From the NCBI GenBank assembly GCA_049521895.1, contig JBEKOJ010000001.1, forward strand, positions 162,717-226,716: a DNA stretch of 64,000 nt, read 5' to 3'. The position numbers and the translations under genes are program-made. Source of the DNA: Candidatus Saccharimonadales bacterium (GTDB taxonomy: Bacteria; Patescibacteriota; Saccharimonadia; Saccharimonadales; UBA10212). Below, in pieces: positions 43,278 through 52,220 of this stretch (its first letter is position 1; each line of letters starts with the position of its first letter). Under the pieces are notes generated by a model. The model was not told the origin of the DNA, ran no database searches, and worked only from the letters and a program-made list of their open reading frames with translations.

Positions 43278-44461
43278 TATTTTTCAATCTTGGTTACGAC
43301 ACCAGCGCCAACGGTCCGGCCACCTTCACGAATAGCAAAGCGTAGGCCTTGCTCCATAGCAATTGGTTGTAATAGCTTAACTTTAAAGGTGACCGTGTCG
43401 CCCGGCATGACCATTTCTTTATCGGCCGGTAGCTCAACCTCGCCGGTCACGTCTGTGGTACGGAAGTAAAACTGTGGTTTGTAGCCCTTAAAGAACGGCG
43501 TATGGCGGCCGCCTTCTTCTTTGGTGAGGATGTAAACTTCTGAGTCAAATTCGGTGTGTGGCGTGATAGTACCTGGTTTGGCAAGCACCTGGCCGCGCTC
43601 GATGTCATCGCGTTCGATACCGCGCAAAAGTACACCAACATTGTCGCCGGCCTGCCCTTGGTCCAAGTTTTTCTTGAACATTTCCACGCCGGTAACGACC
43701 GTTTTCTTAGTCGGGCGGATACCGACAATTTCAACTTCTTCGTTAACCTTAACTACACCGGTTTCAATACGGCCGGTGGCAACAGTACCGCGGCCTTTGA
43801 TACTAAACACGTCCTCGATGGCCATCATGAACGGCTTGTCCAGCTCGCGCTTAGGCTCGGGGATGTAATCATCCATAGCTTTGACCAACTCCATAATGGT
43901 GTCCTCATTGGCGGCGTCGCCTTCCAGCGCCTTAGTAGCAGAGCCCTTAACGATCGGGGCGTTCTCGTCAAATTCATATTTCTTAAGCAGTCCGCGAACG
44001 TCAGCTTCTACCAGCTCAACTAGCTCGGGGTCAGCCAAATCCATCTTATTGAGGAACACCACGATAGATGGTACGCCGACTTGCTTGGCTAGCAGTACGT
44101 GCTCGCGGGTCTGGGGCATTGGGCCATCGGCAGCCGAGACCACCAAAATGGCGCCGTCGATCTGGGCGGCACCAGTAATCATGTTTTTAATGTAGTCGGC
44201 GTGCCCGGGCATATCCACGTGTGCGTAGTGTCGTTTTTCGGATTCGTACTCCTGGTGTGAGGTAGCAATAGTAATACCACGGGCCTTTTCTTCGGGTGCA
44301 TTATCAATTTGGTCGTAAGCTACCGGTTTATTGATCGAGCTCGGAAGTCTTTTGGCTAACACGGCCGTAATAGCGGCGGTTAGTGTGGTTTTACCATGGT
44401 CAACGTGCCCCATAGTGCCAACGTTAATGTGCGGTTTGCTGCGGTCGAATTGCTCTGCCAT
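43277..44461 (-). CDS. tuf: Elongation factor Tu
   Basis: 394 aa with [17 protein letters not shown] and NKMD motifs. Confidence 0.98.
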   Translation of the reverse strand: MAEQFDRSKPHINVGTMGHVDHGKTTLTAAITAVLAKRLPSSINKPVAYDQIDNAPEEKARGITIATSHQEYESEKRHYAHVDMPGHADYIKNMITGAAQIDGAILVVSAADGPMPQTREHVLLAKQVGVPSIVVFLNKMDLADPELVELVEADVRGLLKKYEFDENAPIVKGSATKALEGDAANEDTIMELVKAMDDYIPEPKRELDKPFMMAIEDVFSIKGRGTVATGRIETGVVKVNEEVEIVGIRPTKKTVVTGVEMFKKNLDQGQAGDNVGVLLRGIERDDIERGQVLAKPGTITPHTEFDSEVYILTKEEGGRHTPFFKGYKPQFYFRTTDVTGEVELPADKEMVMPGDTVTFKVKLLQPIAMEQGLRFAIREGGRTVGAGVVTKIEK

Positions 44462-44538
44462 TTAGATTCTCCTGGTCTTATTATTCGATAATATTTTTGC
44501 GCAAGCGAGCAGTAGCCCACTCACGCGAATATGCGCCC

Positions 44539-44567
44539 ATTATAGATAAACTTACGCGCTTTGTAAA
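44539..44567 (-). promoter_or_regulatory. Sigma-70-like promoter for tuf (TTTACA-N17-TATAAT)
   Basis: The minus strand reads ccccTTTACAaagcgcgtaagtttatcTATAATggg, about 75 nt upstream of the tuf ATG. The SD is CAGGAGA. Confidence 0.55.
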
Positions 44568-44571
44568 GGGG

Positions 44572-44979
44572 TTAAGAATCTGTTGATCCATTGATTCGAC
44601 TGTTCCAAATATCGCGTAGGCTAACAAGGTGTGACTTTAGCATACCTAGTATGGTCGGGTCCTCAGTGGATGCTGATTCTAAATAGAACTTTTCTTCGCC
44701 AGTTTCATCTGTTTCGCGGACAGCGCGAATCTCCACAAGTCCAACAATGGGGTCAACTTCGCCAACTACCAAAACCCTCTCACTGTCTGGACGAACATAC
44801 ACGTCAGAATCACCTACCATATCTACCAGTGGATAATCGCCAGGTTTTGGTTTGTTCGGCTGATCTAGATTTCGATAATAACGATTACGCAGCTGCCATG
44901 TCAAAAATCCCAGAGCGACAATTTCCAACGCCACAGTAGAGGGGTTGTTCGGTTTAAGTTGTTCCGGTATTGCAGGCAT
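44572..44979 (-). CDS. Hypothetical protein (135 aa) with N-terminal membrane anchor
   Basis: The ORF starts 12 nt after the fusA stop. It has the TM-like segment STVALEIVALGFLTW, and I recognised no domain. Confidence 0.55.
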   Translation of the reverse strand: MPAIPEQLKPNNPSTVALEIVALGFLTWQLRNRYYRNLDQPNKPKPGDYPLVDMVGDSDVYVRPDSERVLVVGEVDPIVGLVEIRAVRETDETGEEKFYLESASTEDPTILGMLKSHLVSLRDIWNSRINGSTDS

Positions 44980-44991
44980 GTGCTCACCGTA

Positions 44992-47079
44992 CTACTTGCC
45001 GGATTTGGCAATGATGTCCTGGGCCACACTTGGCGGGACGTCGGCATAGTGGTCAAGCTCCATACTTGAGCTGGCGCGTCCCTGGGTCGCGCTGCGCAAG
45101 TTAGTGGTGTAGCCGAACATCTCCCCCAGTGGGACGTAGGCAGTGATTTCCTTGATGCCGGGGCTGAGATCTTCCATACTCTCTACCCGGCCGCGTTTGG
45201 AGTTAAGGTCGCCGATAACGTCGCCCATAAAATTTTCGGGTGTTACGACCACGACTTTCATTATCGGCTCCAGCAGTACCGGGGCTGCCTTTTTAACACC
45301 ATCTTGAAGTGCCATACTGGCGGCAATTTTAAAGGCCATTTCCGAACTGTCCACCTCGTGGAAGCTGCCATCATAGATTTCGGCCTTGATGTCTACCACT
45401 GGATAACCGGCGACTACACCATTGCTCATAGCTTCTACTACGCCGGCTTTGACGGCTGGGATAAATTCACTAGGTACTGCTCCGCCCTTAATGCTGTTAA
45501 TAAATTCAAAGCCTTTGCCTGCTTCGTTCTGGGCGAGGCGCAACCACACGTGGCCATACTGACCACGGCCGCCGGACTGGCGGATATATTTACCTTCAGA
45601 TTCCACGCCGTCTTTACGGATAGTTTCACGGTAAGCTACCTGGGGTTGGCCAACATTGGCCTCAACGGCAAATTCACGCTTCATACGATCAACAATAATC
45701 TCCAGATGGAGCTCACCCATACCGGAGATGATGGTTTGCCCTGTCTCGTGGTCTGCTTTAATACGGAAGGTTGGATCTTCTTCTGCTAAACGCTGCAGCG
45801 CAACGCCCATTTTCTCTTGGTCGGCTTTGGTTTTCGGTTCAATGGCAATACTTACCGGCGGCTCCGGAAAAGTAATACTTTCTAGGACAATCGGGTTCGC
45901 TGAGTCGCATAATGTATTGCCGGTGGTAGTGCCCTTTAAGCCTACGATAGCGGCAATATCGCCGGCTTCTATCTCCGTTACGTCTTCACGTTTGTCGGCA
46001 TGCATACGTACAATCCGACCAACGCGTTCCTTCTCGCCAGTTGAGCTATTTAAGATATAGCTGCCGGCAACGACCTTGCCAGAATAAACACGGAAAAATG
46101 CTAATTTGCCGACAAACGAATCAGTAGCAATCTTGAAGGCCAAAGCTGCAAATGGCTCACTTGCGTCGGGTTTACGCTCAATTTCCTCGCCATTTTTGGG
46201 ATTCGTGCCCCAAGTGGAGCCACGGTCTAGCGGACTGGGCAAAAAATCATTGATAGTATCAAGTAGCTTTTCGACGATCACGCCACGGCCATCACCACCA
46301 GTGACCGCAAAGAATTTGCCAGATAAAACGGCTGTACGGACAGCGCTTCTGACATCTTCTTCGGTCATGCCAGCCTCGCCAACTTCAAAATATTTTTCCA
46401 ACATCTTTTCATCTTCGGCTACAGCATTCTCTATCAGTAAGCTGCGGTATTTTTTGATCTGCCCGGCCATGCCTGCTGGTATCTCGGCCTCGGTAAGCTC
46501 GTGGTCAGCAAAATCTTTATAGGTATAGGCTTTCATAGATATAAGATCCACGACGCCGTTAACCGATTGCTCAAAGCCAATCGGCAAGTGAATCGGGAAG
46601 GCCCGTTTGGAAAGCCGGTGATGGATCGAGTCCAGGGATTTATAGAAATCACCACCAGTTTGATTGATTTTATTGATAAAACAGACTCGCGGCACATTAT
46701 ATTTGTCGGCTTGGTGCCAAACAGTTTCAGATTGGGACTCCACGCCCATCTTGCCATCGAATACCACAACCGCACCATCAAGCACGCGTAAAGAGCGCTC
46801 CACCTCTACGGTAAAGTCAATGTGGCCAGGCGTATCAATAATGTTAATTTTGTGATCTTTCCAGAAACAGGTCACGGCGGCGGCTGTAATGGTAATGCCG
46901 CGCTCTTTTTCCTGGGCCATCCAGTCGGTAGTGGTTTCACCCTCGTGCACGAGGCCAATTTTATGCTTTAAACCCGTGCGGTAAAGAATACCCTCTGTTA
47001 CGGTGGTTTTACCCGCGTCAATATGGGCGATGATACCGATGTTCCTTACCTTCTCCAAATTATATTTTTTATCCACCAT
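44992..47079 (-). CDS. fusA: Elongation factor G
   Basis: MVDKKYNLEKVRNIGIIAHIDAGKTT.., DTPGHIDF and NKINQ are EF-G motifs. I chose the ATG at 47079. Confidence 0.97.
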   Translation of the reverse strand: MVDKKYNLEKVRNIGIIAHIDAGKTTVTEGILYRTGLKHKIGLVHEGETTTDWMAQEKERGITITAAAVTCFWKDHKINIIDTPGHIDFTVEVERSLRVLDGAVVVFDGKMGVESQSETVWHQADKYNVPRVCFINKINQTGGDFYKSLDSIHHRLSKRAFPIHLPIGFEQSVNGVVDLISMKAYTYKDFADHELTEAEIPAGMAGQIKKYRSLLIENAVAEDEKMLEKYFEVGEAGMTEEDVRSAVRTAVLSGKFFAVTGGDGRGVIVEKLLDTINDFLPSPLDRGSTWGTNPKNGEEIERKPDASEPFAALAFKIATDSFVGKLAFFRVYSGKVVAGSYILNSSTGEKERVGRIVRMHADKREDVTEIEAGDIAAIVGLKGTTTGNTLCDSANPIVLESITFPEPPVSIAIEPKTKADQEKMGVALQRLAEEDPTFRIKADHETGQTIISGMGELHLEIIVDRMKREFAVEANVGQPQVAYRETIRKDGVESEGKYIRQSGGRGQYGHVWLRLAQNEAGKGFEFINSIKGGAVPSEFIPAVKAGVVEAMSNGVVAGYPVVDIKAEIYDGSFHEVDSSEMAFKIAASMALQDGVKKAAPVLLEPIMKVVVVTPENFMGDVIGDLNSKRGRVESMEDLSPGIKEITAYVPLGEMFGYTTNLRSATQGRASSSMELDHYADVPPSVAQDIIAKSGK

Positions 47080-47081
47080 AT

Positions 47082-47384
47082 TTATGCCTCTACCATCTCT
47101 AGTCTCCAGCAATCTTGCTCGATGACAAATTGGCAAGTACCATCAACGGCTGCCTTTGCGCGCTTCTCTAGTTCGTTTTCGGCTCTGTGTTGGTCTCTCT
47201 GTGGCGAGCATAATTCCCTGCCAGGGGAGCCCTCTATGTCAAGTCCGACCGCTTCCGCTACGCTAGACGCCCTTAGGACCATACAGCCGACACATTTAAC
47301 GGGGGTTAGATATCCTCTGCCAAATCTGTCTAACCAGGTGATATCTCTGGCGTGATCCGAATTGATTTCACTAGTCCGAGCCAT
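47082..47384 (-). CDS. Small Cys-containing protein (100 aa) filling the rpsG-fusA gap
   Basis: Its ATG lies 2 nt after the rpsG stop and its stop lies 2 nt before the fusA ATG. It contains CxxC (KCVGC) plus three more Cys, and I recognised no family. Confidence 0.5.
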   Translation of the reverse strand: MARTSEINSDHARDITWLDRFGRGYLTPVKCVGCMVLRASSVAEAVGLDIEGSPGRELCSPQRDQHRAENELEKRAKAAVDGTCQFVIEQDCWRLEMVEA

Positions 47385-47385
47385 A

Positions 47386-47865
47386 TTATCCCCGGGCAAA
47401 ATGGGCGAAAGCACGGTTGGCCTCGGCCATGCGGTGTGTATCTTCTTTTTTCTTAACTGCTTCGCCGGTATTGTTGTAAGCGTCAACCAGTTCAGCGGCG
47501 ATACGATCTTGCATGCTAATGCCGCTGCGGGCACGGGCGGCCGCTACGAACCACATGGTGGTCAGGTGTTGCTGGCGTTGGCTCTTAACCTCAAAGGGGA
47601 TCTGATAATTAGCGCCGCCAACCCGGCGGGAGCGGGTTTCCATATAAGGCTGGATGTTTTTTATGGCTTGCTCGAAAACTTCCAGCGGGTTTTGGACCTT
47701 GAGTTTATCGGCGGCTTTTTGCATACCGCCATAAACTAACCCTTCAGCAACTTGCTTCTTGCCATTCAGCATTACCCGATTGATAAGCTTAGCAACCTGG
47801 GTGCTGTTGTACATACGATCCGGTGCGGCTGGCCGAATCAAGGCTTTAGTGGTCTTACGCGGCAT
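47386..47865 (-). CDS. rpsG: 30S ribosomal protein uS7
   Basis: MPRKTTKALIRPAAPDRMYNSTQVAKLINRVMLNGKKQVAE.. is canonical uS7. I chose the ATG at 47865. Confidence 0.96.
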   Translation of the reverse strand: MPRKTTKALIRPAAPDRMYNSTQVAKLINRVMLNGKKQVAEGLVYGGMQKAADKLKVQNPLEVFEQAIKNIQPYMETRSRRVGGANYQIPFEVKSQRQQHLTTMWFVAAARARSGISMQDRIAAELVDAYNNTGEAVKKKEDTHRMAEANRAFAHFARG

Positions 47866-47882
47866 TAGCAATCTCCGATTGC

Positions 47883-47966
47883 GGTATGGGGTATGGGGTA
47901 TAAGGTATAAGGTATTTATCGTCCACGACTCCATACTTAATACCTGATACTTGATACGAAATACCC
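47883..47966. repeat. Low-complexity quasi-palindromic spacer repeat, family E (GGTATGG/GGTATAA arm)
   Basis: ggtatggggtatggggtataaggtataaggtattta faces ccatacttaatacctgatacttgatacgaaataccc. Confidence 0.65.
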
Positions 47967-47968
47967 AT

Positions 47969-48379
47969 CTATTTGGCCTTCTTGGCGCCGTACTTACTGC
48001 GGCCCTGCTTGCGATTTTCTACTCCCTGAAGGTCGAGATTGCCACGGACGACATGATAACGCACCCCTGGTAAATCTTTTACCCGACCGCCTCTTACCAG
48101 AACTACGGCGTGTTCTTGTAGGTTATGGCCTTCACCACCGATGTAAGCCCAGACTTCATGGCCATTGGTCAAGCGCACACGGGCAACTTTACGTAACGCT
48201 GAGTTTGGTTTCTTAGGTGTTTTTGTAGTTACGCGTACACAAACGCCACGCTTAAATGGCGAGTGCTTTTCGTAATTTATAGTTTTAAGATTGTTAGTAA
48301 CACGATCAAGAGCCGGTGAACCCGGCTTTTTAGTTACCTTCTTGCGTGGCTTGCGTATTAATTGGCTAATAGTTGGCAT
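47969..48379 (-). CDS. rpsL: 30S ribosomal protein uS12
   Basis: [14 protein letters not shown].. and ..[36 protein letters not shown].. are canonical uS12. Confidence 0.98.
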   Translation of the reverse strand: MPTISQLIRKPRKKVTKKPGSPALDRVTNNLKTINYEKHSPFKRGVCVRVTTKTPKKPNSALRKVARVRLTNGHEVWAYIGGEGHNLQEHAVVLVRGGRVKDLPGVRYHVVRGNLDLQGVENRKQGRSKYGAKKAK

Positions 48380-48400
48380 AGGTGTGTAATTTTAACAGAT

Positions 48401-51400
48401 TTACTCCTTAGAGGCAACTGTTTCGGCTCCCTCTTTTAGCTCAATGGGGTGTGCGCCGGTACCCACAGGAATGCGGCGGCCAAGGATGACATTTTCCTTA
48501 AGACCGTACAGGTGGTCTACTTTTCCGCTGGTGGCAGCAGCGATTAGCACGCGGGTCGTATCCTGGAATGAAGCGGCAGACAAGAACGAGTCTGTGGACA
48601 GTGAAGCCTTGGTGATGCCCAGCAGTAGTTGGTTGTACTTGACCAACTGTTTACCCTTGGCGGCCAGCTCTTCGTTAGCTTCTACAACCGCCAGTTTACT
48701 GACAATATCGCCGGTGATGAACTGACTATCGCCAGCATCCTCGATCTGAACCCGGCTAAACATCTGGCGCACAATAACTTCCAAATGTTTATCGGCAATT
48801 GTCTGCCCCTGGCTGGAGAAAATGTACAGCACTTCATTCATGATGTAACGCTGCGTGACTTCAATTCCCCGTAGTCGCATCAGTTCGTGCAGGTTAATGG
48901 AGCCATTGGTCAAGCGCTGGCCAGCTTCTACCTGGTCGCCATCGGCTACTAGCAGTTGCTTAAAACCGGGAATTTCATAGCGGACAACGCTTTTGGCGGT
49001 CGGTGTGATAGTAATGGTCGTTTCGGTTACATGGGTCTTGCCAGCCATCGGAGCGGTTAGCGGTTCGCTGCCATCTTCTTGGGTCGCCACCACAGTACCT
49101 ATGTCAACTTCATCGCCATCATTAATACTGGCTTGTCGGCCAGCCAGAGGCAGTTTAAGGGCTTTTTGTTCTTTGCCGGTGACTTGGACAATATATTGGT
49201 CGCCCTCCTCCCAAGCGTTAACCTTGCCAGAGATATCAGTCAGGTAGGCTTGGCCCTTCGGTATACGCACTTCCAAAACTTCTTCTACGCGGGTCAGGCC
49301 CTGAGTGACGTCGTCGCCGGCAGTCACAGCGCCGGCACGGTGTTTGGAGTCAAGCGATAACTGCGTACCTGGTTCACCGATGGACTGAGCTGCAATGACA
49401 CCGATGGGAGAATCTGGCGCGACCAATTTTCGGGTAGCTAAATCGATGCCATAAGACTTACGGGATACTCCACGCACGGAAGTACAGCTAAGCACACTCT
49501 TGATGCGTACACTACCAATGGATTCATCTTCGTCGATAGCTTTGGCGATTTCAGCGGTTATTAGTTCATTAGCCTTAACGTGCTTTTTAACATTCTCGGC
49601 AGCAAAACGGCCCACTAAACGGTCACCAAAGCTGACACCTACGTATTCGGAATCGCTTCTATAGACAGGAAAACCGGGGTCTTCGGCGTCTCGTTCCACG
49701 GTAAAGACATCTTGCGCCACATCCACTAGGCGGCGGGTTAGATAACCGGAATCAGCAGTTCTCAAGGCAATATCCACCAGTGATTTACGGGTGCCGCGAG
49801 TGGCGGTAAAGTATTCTAGCGGGTCAAGACCATATTTGTAGTTAGAGCGTACGGGTAGCTCCATGGCCCGACCAGTGGCGTCAGCGCGGATACCGATCAT
49901 ACCCACCGAATCTTTCATCTGGCTTAAGTTACCACGGGCTCCAGAAGCTACAGCAATTGACATGGTGTTGTCTTCAGTAGCAAACTGTTCGGCTAGGGCC
50001 TTTTCGACTTTTCCATCGACTTCCGTCCAGGCCTCCACAGTCAACCGGTAGCGCTCTTCATCAGTAATGAAACCAGCGGCGTATTGTTTAGAAATTTCAG
50101 CGGCTTTCTTTTCGCCCTCGGTTACAATTCCGCGCAGCGCCTTAAGGTCGGAAAAGTCTTCCATGCCAATGGATAGGCCAGAAAATGTAGCATAGTGGAA
50201 ACCAAGGTCCTTGAGGTCATCAGCTATATGGGCGGTGGCTTCCTGACCGTATTTTTCATAGGTGGCGGACATGACTTTGTCCAGTCGCTTGTTAGTCATG
50301 GCTTCATTTTGGAATGGAAAGTCTTCTGGAAAAATCTCATTAAATAGCAAACGGCCTAGAGTGGTTTCGCGCATCTCGCCGCGGAAAGGTATTTTAACCC
50401 GGCTCTGCAGTGCAAGCCGGTGTGCAGCTAAAGCTAAGATGGCTTCATCCAAGCTGGAAAAACTGCGCGGTTCGGTCTCTTTAACGCCCGGGCGTTCGTA
50501 AGTCAGGTAATAACAACCAAGTACTATGTCTTGTTCTACATGCAAAATTGGTGTTCCATCGGCCGGCTTGAGCAGGTTTTTGGTAGAAGCCATTATTTCA
50601 CGGGCTTCGGCTTGGGACATTTCAGAAAGCGGTAAATGTACGGCCATTTGGTCACCGTCAAAATCGGCGTTAAAGCCTTTGCAGACCAGCGGATGCAATT
50701 GGATAGCCTTACCTTCAATCAGTACCGGTTGGAAAGCTTGAATACTTAGGCGGTGTAGGCTCGGCGCGCGGTTAAGCAGTACGTACTTACCCTTGATGAC
50801 CTCATCTAGGGCATCCCAGACAGCCGATTCGCCCATCTCTATCATTCGGGTGGCGCTGCGGATATTATGAGCTAGCTCCTGGTCGATCAAACGGCCGATC
50901 ACAAAGGGTTTAAAGAGCTCTAAGGCCATGGTTTTGGGCAAGCCGCACTGATACATTTTAAGCTCCGGGCCGGCGACAATCACGCTACGGCCAGAATAAT
51001 CCACGCGCTTGCCAAGCAAGTTCTGACGAAAGCGACCCTGTTTGCCTTTTAGCATATCGGAGAGTGATTTGAGGCGGCGGCGCTGGCCGGTAGCTGCCAC
51101 AGCACGGCCAGAACGAGCGTTATTATTATCTATCAGGGCATCTACGGCCTCTTGCAGCATGCGCTGTTCGTTACGTCGTATAACCTCAGGCGCATTTAGT
51201 TCTATAAGTTTTTTTAGTCGGTTATTACGGTTAATCACGCGACGATACAGGTCATTGAGGTCAGATGTAGCGAAACGGCCTCCCGTAAGCTGCACCATCG
51301 GTCGCAGGTCGGGCGGGATAACTGGCAGGACAGATATGCACAGGCTAGATGGTTTAATGCTGGCACGTTCCATGCTCTCTAACAAGCGCAAGCGCTTCAT

Positions 51401-52219
51401 GATTTTTTTCTTACGCTGGCCTTTGGCTTCTTCGGCCTCCCTATTCAATAATTTAATGAGTTTTTTCAGGTCGACTTCATCCAACAGTTCTTTAAGGGCG
51501 GCACCACCCATACCGACATGTATCAAAGCCTGCAATTCCTCTGGTAAGTTGCGGTAATCGGTCTCAGAAAGCAAATTGAATTTTATCAGGCTGTCAGCCT
51601 GGGCGTTGAACTGCTCAAATTCCTGAACCAGTTCCTCCAACTCTTTGTTGCGGGCCTCAGACAGCATCTTAATATCGGCGTCTTTTTTGGCGGCTTCTTG
51701 CTCGAAGCGATGCTTGATAGCTTGTTCAGCGGCCTTGTGTTCAGCTTCGCGGTCAGAACGGATTTTATCCAGAGCTCCAGTGTCAACGTTTTTGATAATA
51801 TAGCTGGCAAAGTAGGCGACTCTCTCCAGGTTCTTGACAGTCATACCCAGTAATAAACCGATGGCACTTGGCGTGCCGCGCAAAAACCAAATGTGGGCAG
51901 CTGGGGCAGCCAGGTTGATATGGCCCATACGCTCGCGACGTACAATGCTGCGAGTTACTAGCTCGCCATTTTTGTCGACAGCGGCCTCGCGGCTACGAAC
52001 GCCTTTATACTTGGCGTCGTGCGGGTTTATATCTTTAACTGGACCAAAAATGCGTTCACAAAAAAGTCCGTCACGTTCCGGCTTCTGGGTGCGATAGTTA
52101 ATGGTCTCGGGTTTAGTGACCTCACCATAGCTCCATTCCAAAATATCTTCCGGGCTGGCAATAGCCAAGCGTACGGCATCAAAGTCCGAGATATTGGTTC
52201 CAGGGCTGTATTGTCTCAT
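48401..52219 (-). CDS. rpoC: DNA-directed RNA polymerase subunit beta'
   Basis: 1272 aa with the catalytic NADFDGDQMAVH motif. Confidence 0.98.
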   Translation of the reverse strand: MRQYSPGTNISDFDAVRLAIASPEDILEWSYGEVTKPETINYRTQKPERDGLFCERIFGPVKDINPHDAKYKGVRSREAAVDKNGELVTRSIVRRERMGHINLAAPAAHIWFLRGTPSAIGLLLGMTVKNLERVAYFASYIIKNVDTGALDKIRSDREAEHKAAEQAIKHRFEQEAAKKDADIKMLSEARNKELEELVQEFEQFNAQADSLIKFNLLSETDYRNLPEELQALIHVGMGGAALKELLDEVDLKKLIKLLNREAEEAKGQRKKKIMKRLRLLESMERASIKPSSLCISVLPVIPPDLRPMVQLTGGRFATSDLNDLYRRVINRNNRLKKLIELNAPEVIRRNEQRMLQEAVDALIDNNNARSGRAVAATGQRRRLKSLSDMLKGKQGRFRQNLLGKRVDYSGRSVIVAGPELKMYQCGLPKTMALELFKPFVIGRLIDQELAHNIRSATRMIEMGESAVWDALDEVIKGKYVLLNRAPSLHRLSIQAFQPVLIEGKAIQLHPLVCKGFNADFDGDQMAVHLPLSEMSQAEAREIMASTKNLLKPADGTPILHVEQDIVLGCYYLTYERPGVKETEPRSFSSLDEAILALAAHRLALQSRVKIPFRGEMRETTLGRLLFNEIFPEDFPFQNEAMTNKRLDKVMSATYEKYGQEATAHIADDLKDLGFHYATFSGLSIGMEDFSDLKALRGIVTEGEKKAAEISKQYAAGFITDEERYRLTVEAWTEVDGKVEKALAEQFATEDNTMSIAVASGARGNLSQMKDSVGMIGIRADATGRAMELPVRSNYKYGLDPLEYFTATRGTRKSLVDIALRTADSGYLTRRLVDVAQDVFTVERDAEDPGFPVYRSDSEYVGVSFGDRLVGRFAAENVKKHVKANELITAEIAKAIDEDESIGSVRIKSVLSCTSVRGVSRKSYGIDLATRKLVAPDSPIGVIAAQSIGEPGTQLSLDSKHRAGAVTAGDDVTQGLTRVEEVLEVRIPKGQAYLTDISGKVNAWEEGDQYIVQVTGKEQKALKLPLAGRQASINDGDEVDIGTVVATQEDGSEPLTAPMAGKTHVTETTITITPTAKSVVRYEIPGFKQLLVADGDQVEAGQRLTNGSINLHELMRLRGIEVTQRYIMNEVLYIFSSQGQTIADKHLEVIVRQMFSRVQIEDAGDSQFITGDIVSKLAVVEANEELAAKGKQLVKYNQLLLGITKASLSTDSFLSAASFQDTTRVLIAAATSGKVDHLYGLKENVILGRRIPVGTGAHPIELKEGAETVASKE

Positions 52220-52220
52220 C

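Noticed and set aside
47080-47136. Longer N-terminal extensions offered by the ORF track: fusA 47136, rpsG 47934, rplB 39375, rplO 31998, holB 22840, DHH 20957, rpsM 28960, rpsH 33930, rpmG 19632 and the AI-2E gene at 550.
   Set aside because: Internal starts reproduce the canonical family N-termini, have better SD spacing, and avoid overlap with upstream genes or tRNAs.
47385-47534. N-terminal 50 aa of ORF 47082..47534.
   Set aside because: This part overlaps the 3' end of rpsG out of frame. I kept only the portion from the ATG at 47384, which begins 2 nt after the rpsG stop.
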